Of a stretch of 64,000 bases of DNA, positions 25,101-36,711 are shown one piece after another. The stretch's first letter is position 1; each line of letters begins with the position of its first letter. The notes beneath the pieces are model-generated. The model was not told the DNA's origin. It did no database searches and saw only the letters and a list, made by a program, of their open reading frames with translations. The DNA comes from Lingula anatina (lineage: Eukaryota > Animalia > Brachiopoda), in contig CM120641.1 in assembly GCA_051362555.1 (NCBI GenBank), positions 42,104,401 through 42,168,400 of the forward strand, written 5' to 3'. The translations under genes were made by a program, and so were the position numbers.

Positions 25101-28100
25101 GTAGCTGTTTTTCAAGTTCATTCATATTTATTGTTTGAAAGCAGTCTGGTTTTTAACCAGTAAACAACAACCACATCTGCATTTATCCAGCATTAGACTA
25201 GATTCCAGAAATTGTGTTCTATATATATTGTCCACCTAGAATGCATTATGTATATACCTGCATCAAAAATATCATATTTTGTTTACCTGCTGGGTCTATT
25301 AAATGTTAGTAGTTGGTTACTTGCACCTGTCCATTGGTCTTACATCCTAGGATTTTACGTCGGCATAAGATCCTAGCTGGCTCCTTGCCAGAACATTTTT
25401 TGGGATGTGTGTTATAGATTTCTGCCTGTTGGGAATTCATTAAAAAATCTTAGTTCAGGCAGCGATCTGTACTGAGTCATTTTATCCCCATCTCAAATAT
25501 GCCTTTCACACAGTGCTGTTGAAATAAGTTCTTATGAAAACATCTGGAAAGTGCTGGATATATATGAACTGGTTTCGTTTTCTGTGCTTAAATGATTGCA
25601 TATTTAACCCAATTTAAAAATGTCAAGCATGTGCATAAATTGGCACAAATATGTGTAGCTTCTCTGTTGATTCTATTCATTCTTAACTGTTTAAAATAAC
25701 ATACATTTTCCTTAGGCAAAGTGGCCTTAATTTGGCTATAAACCTGGCAGTAAGCATTTCATGTATTATTAAGTGTACATGTATGCTTGCTTTAAAAGCT
25801 AAATTGTGAAATTAAGCCCTTTGACTTACAGTGCTTGATAAATGAATGTTAAAATAAAAAATGTTGTTTTTTCTCAAGGTTACAACCACCCAAACCTTAT
25901 TCAAGTCATGATGGATCCCAACAATATGGTTAGCAAAAATTCTGTCAGACCAAATTGCAAGCACTTTCATTTTAAATGAGATTTCATATTGCCATAAACT
26001 GTTAACACTTTTCAAGTTTCAAGCACAGCATATTCAGTATAATAGTTCACATATACATTCAAAGTGAGTGTTTCCCATGCTATTAAGTAATGACTCATTC
26101 TTTTTTCCTATACTGAATAACTTTGATTAAGCCTGTGTGTTAATTTCAGGTTTTTAACCCAATTTTTCTTTGTTTTGCTTTTGTATTTAGGCCAGTCTTG
26201 TGAACAGACCAGCATTTGGAAACTTTCCTTCCACTGATTGGCCAGAGACTGTGAGGAATGCACTCATTTCTGTAGGTGTCTTAAAATACACCCAGTGATA
26301 GAGTTGATTTTATCAGTCATATCGATATAATAACTTAAAGTTAAACTCCTCATTTTTATGTGGAAAAATTGAGTATACAATGTACATCTCTTTGATAAAG
26401 TCCCTACACATGATTGAATGTTTATTTGGTTCAGGGTTAAATATATATTGATTCAATCAGTAAATTATGTTTATCCAATAACTGACACTCCAAAATTTTT
26501 CTGTTCAAGACAATTTGATGATGTTTGTTTAATAAAGTTGCCGTGCCTTATCAAGTGTTAATTTTGTTCAATTAAACATTTGTAACTATAAATACAATGT
26601 ACTTCAAGAATGTTATTACATTTTTCATAGTATGGAAAAAACTTTTTTTTTCATCTAGGTGGCTCCCCCTGGCATGAGGTATGTACAGCCAATGATGTGC
26701 GGGGCCTGCTCCAATGAACATGGCTACAAAGCTATCTTCATGGCATATCAGGTAATCACCTTACTGCTGGACAACTAACCTTATGTACTATGTTTTTTCT
26801 AGTGCTTATAATGTCCTTTCACCGTATTTTCCACATGTGGGGCTGTGTACAGGTAAGATCGTCCTTTCAAAACTTTTAATTTTTACATGCCCAAAAGAGC
26901 CTTGAAAAAGCATTCCCATCTCACCTTAACTCTCTTACAGTAAGCATGGATAGAAATGGTTTTCAGGTGGAAAAAATGCTACTGTTGGGAAAAAATTGTA
27001 GCTATTGGCTGCCCCTCACTTCAACAATAATATATGCCAATATGTATAACAATGCATGTTGGAATTTAAAGGGCTTTTCAGTACACTTTTCACTTAACAC
27101 AGTGGATATGTACATGATTTTTTTCTATTATATGTAATAATTTATTTCATTAAGTTGTATTTTTGTAGCGCAATAAAAGGGGCGGACTTCCACCTACCCA
27201 AGAGGAAATGGACTCTAGTGTCCACAACATGTTGCCAGGTTCTCCTAAACTGTCCTTGCTGTCCTTTACCAATGCATTTCATGGCAGAACTACAGGTGGG
27301 CACACAAGCTATATGGTAAACTAGATTCTTCCTCTTTTTTTTAAGTTAATAGTATTGATTTAGGTACTTCTGTAAGCAATTGGTAATTTTGTTGGTTTAT
27401 TAACTTACTTCATTATGAGAAAGTCACTGGTTAAAATTTGTCATCCCAATGTACTACACATTGTTGAATCCATCTTGCTTTCAAGCCAGTACATTTACCT
27501 ATAGTTGTACTCAATTTTAGCTTGTTTGTCCAATACACACACAAAATGGTTCCACAAGTTGGACTTCCCAACATTTGATTGGCCATGTGCACCTTTCCCC
27601 AAGCTTCGCTACCCACTTGAAGAATTCCAACGTGAGAATGATGCAGAAGAGGACAGATGTCTGGAACAGGTAAATTGTGTTAGATGTGTCACATTGTGTT
27701 GGGTGTGAAGACAACTCTGGATTCAGGAGGAGAGTCACTGCATTGAATGTATGGCAGTAGGAAGAATAAAGCTTGCGAGGCACTGAAATTTCCCGGTATT
27801 TATTTTAGTAATAAGGCTGGCTCCAAGGGTTGGTCACTTTTCAACCTCAGCTACAGGCTTGGGATGGGCATGACAGCATTGACCACTGGACATCATAATT
27901 ATACTGGATAGGTAATTCAGAGTGTTCTTAGCAGTAATATAGCCCTGAACAAACCTTAAGAGCAGTGACAAATAGTTGGTGTGTGGAGTGGTTGTGGAAA
28001 CTGTTAGTCTTGTCTTGATGAAAAACTTAGTTGAAAATGAAGGAAAATGATGTGCCGTGGAACTTAAGAACTTTTTTGGGGGGGGGGGGATGAGGGATCA

Positions 28101-30865
28101 GATCAGGTGGGTCATGGAGTGCAGATGTTAGAGAAAATCAGAAAATGAGGATGTATTGCATCTGTTTTTACATTTTGATTCTTAGGTCCAGGATTTGATG
28201 GAGAAAGCTGAAAAGAAAGGTGAACCAGTGGCTGGCATTGTGGTAGAGCCAATCCAGGCAGAGGGAGGAGACAACCACGCCTCTGGAAGGTTCTTCAGGG
28301 AACTGCAAAAAATAGCTAAGAAGGTATCAACTTAAAGCTGGCCTTTTTTCTTGTACAATTGGTTATTGAAATTGTGTAGTTATAATAAGGTAAGGGTTGA
28401 CAATAGATTAACAATAGAATGGTTAACAATAGATGAGTACATGTATTATTAGAATAATTTTCTATTGGCAGTTTTATCTTTAGGTTGGCATTGTAGAAAG
28501 AAACTAAAATTAACATGAACACCACACCAGCTTGGTAGACAAGTGTAATGTGGTAGTTACAGTGTTAAGTGCAGCTGTGAGCACACTGCTTTCCAGGGAT
28601 CTGTTTCACAAATTAAGAACTATTTCAGAAAAAATTGATACAAGATAACACAGTATAGTTGTCCAAATGGAAAATAACACCTGTTGAATAACAAGGATGA
28701 TCATTGTTTCAGACCACTGCTTACTTTATTTTAATGGACTACTATTATGGATTTATCTTAGACTAAAAGAGACCAGATTTTCAGACTAAAAGTGTAGACG
28801 AATTTTTGATAATTTTTTTTTTTTTTTTGTGTATATGTATTTGTGAAATGGCATCAGATTATTAACAATCAAGATGGCCAACATTTCTCTCATTTACAGA
28901 ATGGCGCTGCTCTTATGATAGACGAGGTGCAGACAGGCTGTGGACCAACTGGAAAATTCTGGGCACACGAGCACTGGGATCTCCCTCAACCACCAGATGT
29001 CGTCTGCTTCAGTAAGAAGATGCAGACAGGAGGTTTCTATTTCACTGAAGAGATGAAACCAACATCAGCAGATGTAAGACTTAAACTGTTTTTGTTAAGG
29101 AAAGACTTTTGTGAATTTGACTTTTTTAATGATGGGCAAGAGAAATTTTGTTTATGGATAGTTGATGCTTTTCTCACTTTTTGTTAATTTTCATTTTGAA
29201 AAAGTCATGCAGTCTTGCTTTTCATTGTTAACTGTGATATACTATATAAGCCAATGGTTTTATATAAAAAGACCCTGCTAATTGATGATTCAAAACCATC
29301 TGTTGTGCACTTATGAATAATTGTCAATAATAATGTAAAATAAATTTAATCAAAAGATTTTATTTGAATATTACACATTATTATTTTGGTCAACATTACC
29401 CTTCTCTAATAGTTTTGACACTGAAAACCCCAGTAAGATCTCTCTGTCCATGGACAACATCTGGATGGAGCATTTCACGTTTCCCTTGTCTCCATGTTTT
29501 TCAGAGTTACAGAATTTTCAACACCTGGATGGGTGACCCGACCAAGCTTCTCCTCCTCAGAGAGGTGATCAATGTGATCAAGTCCCAGAACCTGTTGGAG
29601 AATGTGGTTGTTGCAGGGGAACATCTCCAAGGTGGATTGTCAGGACTTCAGGTAAAGACAACTACAAATATTGCACTTGAGACCATAGCAGGCCCCATTA
29701 GCTTAGCTATTACCAGTTTATGTTGTTTGTGACAAGAGCTTTGGATGTGTGATTGCCAATGTCAAATCGATGGCTTGAACCACAATTTTAGGGTCCATTT
29801 GTAAAAATACTGTCTGTGAGCACAGCAGTTTACACTGCTAACATTTTAACTGGCTTTTGTCCAGGTCCAACACATTACATACTGGTTCTTTTTCTCAGTA
29901 ACAAATAGAATTGCCTCATGCTCTTTTGATTATCTCCTGTGCATACAATGGAAAAGATGTACAAATCTGAAATAAGAGGGTTCAGATAACAGCAGAAGAT
30001 ATGGTAATAAAGTTTACACATGTTAACTTTGAATAGGTTCAACTGACTTTGGGCAGTAAGGGAAAAGTAATTTAGGGGCAATCAAGTTTTAATTAAAAGA
30101 GTGTTATATGCACTGATAATACTATTGAACCTGGGGTCTACATCATATGATATATGCTAGGGCATTCTATTACATCAAGAACAAAATGACATAATTATCA
30201 TTTGGTTTTTCAGAGAGCACATCCAAATAAGTTAGAAAACTGTAGAGGCCTGGGAACGTTTGTAGCAATTGATCTCAGAAATGGGAAGATGAGAGATGAA
30301 GTTGTGAAATCCTTGAGAAATGAAGGTTGGTTAATGGGTTTTGAAATGGAGAAAAACAAATCGAAATTGAAAATGATCATTCTTGTTTCAGTGGTTTTGT
30401 TTTATTGCTATATTTATTTCTTCTTAAAGTAGCAAATTCTGAATTTTCATGAAATAACTTTTTCTAAGCCAAATTAATTCTTCCCATTTGTATTGAAATC
30501 AAGTTTTCACTTCTTAGTTACATTTTTAAAAAGAAGTTCTCTTCTTATTTACTAACATAATGAGATAATTTATAATCTAATACTGGATCTTACGTCAAAA
30601 CAGAGATCACCACGTTTGACCTTAATTATCACAAGGCCTTTTTCAGGTAGACTTAAGGTAAAATCAAGTGTAATATTAACTTTCTAGCTTAAATGGATGA
30701 ATCAAAACATATACTTTGATTTCTGTTCTTATTTACTACATAGGGTTCATAGTTGGTGCTTGCGGGGAACGTAGCATCAGATTCCGACCAGCATTGGTTT
30801 GTCAGAAGCATCACATCAGCATGTTTCTGGATCAATTTGAGAAGGAAATACTCTCTCTACCATGA
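20766..30865 (+). CDS. ABAT: 4-aminobutyrate aminotransferase, mitochondrial (GABA-T), 499 aa, 13 exons
   Basis: Exons 20766-20814, 21739-21878, 23955-24072, 25879-25928, 26191-26271, 26659-26751, 27169-27295, 27521-27669, 28186-28323, 28900-29073, 29505-29651, 30214-30325 and 30744-30865 total 1500 nt. Motifs: Arg-rich transit peptide [22 protein letters not shown] (Fe-S Cys pair), [27 protein letters not shown] (PLP Lys), [11 protein letters not shown] and IRFRP. Confidence 0.96.
22078..22126. repeat. poly-C plus (CA)n
   Basis: Direct reading. Confidence 0.9.
22753..23022. mobile_element. MITE-like non-autonomous DNA transposon with CAG(A/G)GGC(C/A)GAT termini
   Basis: The left end CAGAGGCCGATTTAGAGGGGGG and the right end GGATCTGCCCCTG are imperfect inverted repeats. 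GAAAG flanks both sides (22748-22752, 23023-23027). The element is GC-rich relative to the intron. Confidence 0.7.
24073..24390 (+). repeat. ~22-bp minisatellite (GAGGTATGTTTGGTACAGGAAT) starting at the ABAT exon-3 donor and interrupted by a MITE
   Basis: Three to four units at 24073-24154 and more degenerate units at 24337-24390. Confidence 0.7.
24155..24327. mobile_element. Foldback/MULE-like MITE, copy 1
   Basis: GGGG...CCCC termini, inverted ~16-bp subrepeats (GGTTCATTGGTCCGAA / TTCGGACCAATGAACC) and a 9-bp TSD CATTTGGTG (24146-24154, 24328-24336). Confidence 0.8.
24610..24766. mobile_element. Foldback/MULE-like MITE, copy 2 (same family as copy 1)
   Basis: Alignable to 24155-24327, with a different 9-bp TSD CTTGTTTTG (24601-24609, 24767-24775). 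Confidence 0.8.
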
Positions 30866-32909
30866 AGAACAGGATCTTCCATCAAGAGAATATACCGGTA
30901 CATTGAGTAAAAGATTATTATTATGTGGAGATTGAAACTAATACTTTTGGTGTTTATCACTATTGCTATAATTGAAAAGGCACCAGAAGTAAATCAAAGT
31001 ATTACTAAATGAATAAGGAATGAAGTAATTGTATATTTTGTTTTTAAGTGTGCAATTTTATGTCGAAGCAGTGGATTTGGCTTGGGCGTTTCAAGCGTTT
31101 ATCCCATTTATGTAATAAAACTGTTTTTGAACTGTAGAAGTTTATTTTTTGTGGGTGATTAAAACATCATACTAGTGTATTAATGATCAGTGTTTTATGT
31201 ATGTCTTTGTTCAACACTTCCTTGAAGAATACCTAAAATGCACAAATAGGGGCCTGTAAAGTTAGGATTTCAAAAATGAATACACAGTGTGTACATGGTT
31301 ATCTATGTGAGATGTATGTAAAAGTTAAAATTAAAAAATACAGCTATTTTTTTATGAGATAAAATTATCTTTGTTTGTATATGGTAAATTAGTGAATATC
31401 ATTGAGAAAGATTTTGATAGAAATATTTTGTCCTTAAAAATCATTTTGTAATATAAGTGACATTATTAGAAGAAAATCCAATGCACTTTTTAGCATCTAA
31501 TTATTTCCTACCAAATGCAGGATGTTATCAACTGTAAAATTATTTTTTGTCATAAAGGAATTTACTAGTATCATTTCAAAATAATCAGCATAACATCATC
31601 ATATTGATGACAAGTGTAATATACCTGTGGACTAATTGCATTAAAACAGAATTCATCCTACCTTTATATGCTTAATTTTTAACTGTTTAACTGCAACAAT
31701 AATTCCACATCGTATTTATGATATCAAGTTCATGTACATTGAAAATTCCCCATGATATGCATTTAGTATAAGATATATGTATTGGGTTTAATTTTTTATA
31801 TACTGATTATGTAAATAAATATATACTTCAATTTGAATGTAGATGTTTTTTTGGGGGGGGAGGGTAGGGGGGAGGAGTTTCTGACAGAGAAAGAAAGTTG
31901 TTGGAGTGTGAGGTTAAGGACAAAAGATATGCGATTGAATTGAAACATTTTTATTAAAGTCTGAGCCAGAAACACGAAATGAAGTTTATTTCACATTGAG
32001 AGAAGTTGAAAGTACAAATACTGGAATATTGTTCTGCGTGGAATGTTACTCATAATGATGCAGTTTAGAACTGTTCAGTTTTACACTAACTGAAAGTGTA
32101 CCTTTCTGCTTTTACATAACGATCAAGAACTCATAATAATGTGTAAAATAGTTAATTTCAGAACTGCCATCCCCTTTGCCGAGATGCTGCCAAATGCACA
32201 TGCGACTGATGGAAGCTAGTCTAACCTCATATTTTGGAACCGGACACATATGCACGCTCACATGCACATGCAAGGCTCTTACTTTGATTTACAAATAAAA
32301 CTTTTGGGAAATCAATTTCATAATTTTTTTTTTTTTCATTTAAAAATGGTCCCTGGCTCTTTAGGATGGCAAGCAATTTTATGTGAATAAATGGCTTTCT
32401 GGGGGTTGTTTTTGATAAAAGAGAAAAAGTAATATTGATTTGCACTATTTCCTGTAGGAGAATTTAATACGTTATAAGAATGAGATTTTATATATACATA
32501 GAAAATCTGATTTTTCTATTTCCTAAATTTTAATGCAGTTCGGGATTGTTTTTGACGACTAGTTAATGCAGAGTGGTGGATGTTTGCACAGGTAGGAAGA
32601 GGTAGCTACATGTAGCAGCAGCTCCGACCTTTAACTGCAGAATTATGCGTTTAAATAGTGTAAATGTTCTCATAAAAAATGCATACTGTTGTGTATACTT
32701 AAGGCTGTTTTTAATGATTCTCTTTTTATTTTTAGTAGGCAATTTTTTTTTTCTCAAAGGTACAAGTATGTGCATCTTTTCAGAAACACGGATTTCACTG
32801 CCCTTCTTAAGCAAAGAGAAGGAATAATAAATCAGTAGAACGTTCTTTTTGTCCTACTTCAAGTGCATATAAAAATGACGGATTATAGATTAATGGGAAT
32901 TTTTTACTT

Positions 32910-33158
32910 CTATTGGGTTAGTATTGTAAATCCCACAAAATGTGTCTTTATCGTATCTTCACCTTCTGCATTATCTGGTGGTATGCATAGACATTTTTCT
33001 TTTAATCTCGAAATGTCACAGCATCCTGGGCCGCTGTCTCCAGGTGTTGTTTTGAACGGACATTTTGGCATACGTTTTCCCCTGCTTTCTTTTTCATCGG
33101 AAGGGAACCTCACTAGAAGAGCTTGGTTCCAAAGCAAAACAATTATGAAGTACCGCAT
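32910..33158 (-). CDS. Candidate small secreted Cys-rich prepropeptide (signal, pro-region, KR site, Cys-rich peptide)
   Basis: The ORF reads MRYFIIVLLWNQALLVRF-PSDEKESRGKR-MPKCPFKTTPGDSGPGCCDISRLKEKCLCIPPD. An upstream acceptor (tttgcag, ~33210) and a strong donor (AG|GTGAGT at 33465/33464) suggest a non-coding first exon. Confidence 0.45.
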   Translation of the reverse strand: MRYFIIVLLWNQALLVRFPSDEKESRGKRMPKCPFKTTPGDSGPGCCDISRLKEKCLCIPPDNAEGEDTIKTHFVGFTILTQ

Positions 33159-33932
33159 CTCCGTTGTGAATCGATTTCGGTGCTGGAAAGTTTGGGTTAA
33201 ACAATGCAGCTGCAAATATTAATTTTGGTGTGTAAATTTTTCATATGTCTCTTTTTTCATTGATAATAAATTTCTGTTTTATTCTTGTAGTAAAAAAGTA
33301 GAACGGCTCTGGAACGGGTCTGGATGCTACCTTTGAAACAACGACTCATTATACGCAAAGTACATTCATGATCTGCAAATTAAATATGCATTGCTTTAGT
33401 ATTATACTCAACCAATAATATTTACTGACTATTCAAAAACCTCTATCTCATGAATAAGACTCACCTTTCGAAGAGATGAGAAATAGTTGACTCAGATACC
33501 GTGTACGGGTAATCATCAGGAATTGACTGTAGATATCAACCCCTTCCATATTTTATTACTCCTACTTTGTGTTTACTTAAATGTATTTTAATATATTATA
33601 ACTAGGGTCTCCCCTCAATAATGCCATAACTATTAATTTGACACTCAAATAGTTGGCATTAGAGGACTAATATGTAAAATGTCAAATAACGGCGTAGACT
33701 CAAAGGGATACCAATTTTTCAAAATATCCCTTCTATATAAACGCCAATTTTTATGAGGCTTTTGAAACAATTCGGGCCTATCAAAACCTTCAATGGCCTA
33801 TTGGCATTTGCAAACAGCACAATGCAAACACATATATAATATATATAAACACAATTTTCTAGAAACCAGCACAAGGTCATTATGGATATATCAGAAAAAG
33901 TCATGCGCAGTACGTTACCAGTCGGCCTGTTC

Positions 33933-34422
33933 GGGTCCGCCGTTTGGATAAACGTCCCAATAAAATATTCGTCCCGATAGATACGTGTCTATACATACAC
34001 GTCTCAATAGATTTACGTCTCGTTAAATTTACGTTCCGATAGATCCACCAACAGATTCCTATAAACCCACGTGTCTTTAGATCCAGGTACCGCTAGATAT
34101 CCATCTATCTGACATCGTAATTAATCGGCTAAAATGCCGATATAAACTGGAGATACAGGTATGAGGCTTTCGAGAGATAGTCTGGATGCGAGTACTGACC
34201 CACTCAGTGAGATGACTTAATTACAACCTGATATTTATTTATTTATATATTTATTAGGTGTTCAAACAAGACATAGGCCTACATGTACGTTCGCGTCTAC
34301 ACGTCTTTACTATCGTTTACTATCATTTACTCCATTCCGCAATGTACGCACGTAACTTCATCAATGTAAACTACTTGGACATAAAAACGACACAAATTCG
34401 TTATTATGTCCAAGATATAAGT

Positions 34423-34479
<57 letters not shown>

Positions 34480-34679
34480 CCGATTTTTGCCTGCAAACTT
34501 TGGGTATGTTTGTCAACCATACAGTAATGGTTTCTATCAAGTAAACAAGACAGTTGTCAGGCAGAATCATTCATGAAATGCCCAAATAAATCATACACAG
34601 TATAAAATAAGAAGTTTTTACTTGTAAAACTCTTAACATTATTTCATCAACTTTTGACGAGTTCTTAATTGACGGGGGT

Positions 34680-34715
<36 letters not shown>

Positions 34716-35236
34716 TGGATTAATCGCTATGAAAAAATATATAATCTTAGGTTCCTGTCAGAAGCCTTCGTAATCAAAACTAAATGAATGTAACATGAAA
34801 ATAACAAAACATCTAGTGAAAACATAAATTTCTGTCAGATAATGCATTAGTAGGCCTAATGTAAATTACCCGAGTATTGCGTAAAAACGGTCTATAGTAG
34901 AATAATAAATTGCTGAAAGGATTAATATGTGTACTCTCTTTTTAAACAGTGCATTTTATGTACTGAGTAGTATACCAACCATTTTGAGCAATAGTGTACC
35001 TGTAATGGATCTATCGGTATTTGGATCTAAAATACGTGGATCTATAGGTATACGGATTTAAAGGACGTGGGTTTATGAGGACGTCGTATCTATAGGAACG
35101 CAAATTTATAGGACGGTGGTAAAAAATCGGATCTATCGGTATTTAAATCTAAAAAGTTTTCCCTTTATGTATCTATCGGGAACGGGAGTATAGGGACGTG
35201 TAATATTTTGGGACTAAATTTTATCCGTACGTACCC
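33933..35236. mobile_element. ~1.3-kb non-autonomous foldback/MULE-like transposon with long arrays of short subterminal repeats
   Basis: Termini are GGGTCCG... and ...CGTACCC. Left-arm repeats (CGTCCCGATAGAT-like, 33950-34100) are inverted relative to the right arm (ATCTATCGGGAACG-like, 35005-35225). The 9-bp TSD GGCCTGTTC (33924-33932) / GGCCCGTTC (35237-35245) has one mismatch. Internal (TA)n and (GT)n tracts are present. Confidence 0.75.
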
Positions 35237-36711
35237 GGCCCGTTCCACTTGATTCCAACGGCCACGCCTCTTCATTTTCTCTATACTATCCAAGTAGAAA
35301 CATCAAGTGGTAGTGGACTTAGATATATCCGGTGTGATAACTGGTGAACTTGTATTGCGGATCCTCAAGTTTCGCCCCAGTATGTATGGGTGTCAGTGGT
35401 TAGGCGACTAGTGAAGTGGCCGCGGAGGTGTGAAACCCAAAATGTGATGTAGGGGCCTACAAACTCAGCCACACTCTGGACATGAGATGGTTTGTGTTGA
35501 ATCATGTGTTGGACTCTTTTTTTTCTTTCCCTTGTCCCCTCTCCTTAAATTCTGCAGCCCTCTTTTGGATTACCAAACGCAAGGTCTTTTCCAAGATCTT
35601 GCCAACTGTTTAACCCAGCTATAGACGTTAATATGACAATCTTGGCTTTATCTGGTCATGGCAGTCTTATTGATATGTCCACATTGCATGTATTCCACGT
35701 TACATTGGGGTATAACCATTTCTTGTCTGAGACATACTGTATTATACAGATCACGGTGACGTCACATTCTCATGCATTCCACGTAACATAATCCTGGTGT
35801 TGTCTGCGCATGCTGGAATTGTATTGTACTGAACACGTTGACAGCGACTAATTCCAGCTTTGTTCAGTCTGACTCGTCAAACATCAGTTATTTTAATAGT
35901 TAGTTTAAAGAAAGCTCATTCAATTAAGTTAAATTTGTAAATGTATGTACCCGAGTATCAAATGCAGTGTCCACCAATTACCGATGCAACAAACTGAATG
36001 AATTTCTCCATTTAATGTTGCAAATTTGATAACGACATATTTTGACAATAAAAACGTTTATTTTATAGGATTTTTATACGATTGATTACAACTTAATAAT
36101 ATGCTTAATGTACTGATTAACTGTTTTTTTTCCTCAATCTATTCGTTCAGCATTGAAGTGAAAACGCGTTCGAAACAAGAGCCCAAATTAAATTTGTGTG
36201 CAATTGCTTTGGACACTCTTGGGTACGGAACAATTAGAGAAATTCTGCCATCACTTAACACACAGTTGAAACGTATCCATCAGTCTGTAGGAGTAACATG
36301 TCTTCGCCGTTCCACGGTATAGTCCAGCCTTTATTTACATCAAAATATGCAAAGTTAAAACGTGTAAAACGATAAAAGAAAATCAAGCTTACGGTAAAAT
36401 TCCAAAAGCGTCTGATCACAAACTCATCTCATCAATGGTAACATCCCATTAGACGTATCTGCAGCGATATTATCAGTGAAATTAAACTACAGCAACTTGG
36501 AGAAAAAATGTCTTTTTATGGAATATAACGTACTTCACAAAGTAGGTGTATATACATCGTATAATTAAGGAAAAATCCAATAAAAGGATAATGAACATCT
36601 GCAAATAGCTCAGAAACGTTAAAAGACGTTGCTTTACAGCTGCTTCTTTTATATTGTTTTCCATAAAACCCGTGTCTTGACTCATATTCTCTCTTTATAA
36701 TGCAAAAATCT

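Noticed and set aside
156-33465. Functional cluster of CPE, ABAT and the peptide precursor as a neurosecretory system
   Set aside because: Adjacency in an animal genome does not imply co-function, and no shared regulatory evidence is visible.
33950-35225. Short regularly spaced repeats resembling a CRISPR array
   Set aside because: The units are degenerate, have no unique spacers, are arranged as inverted arms with a TSD, and there are no cas genes. This is a foldback transposon.
35380-35640. Possible tRNA gene or tRNA-derived SINE
   Set aside because: Only a vague A-box is present, with no convincing B-box or cloverleaf.
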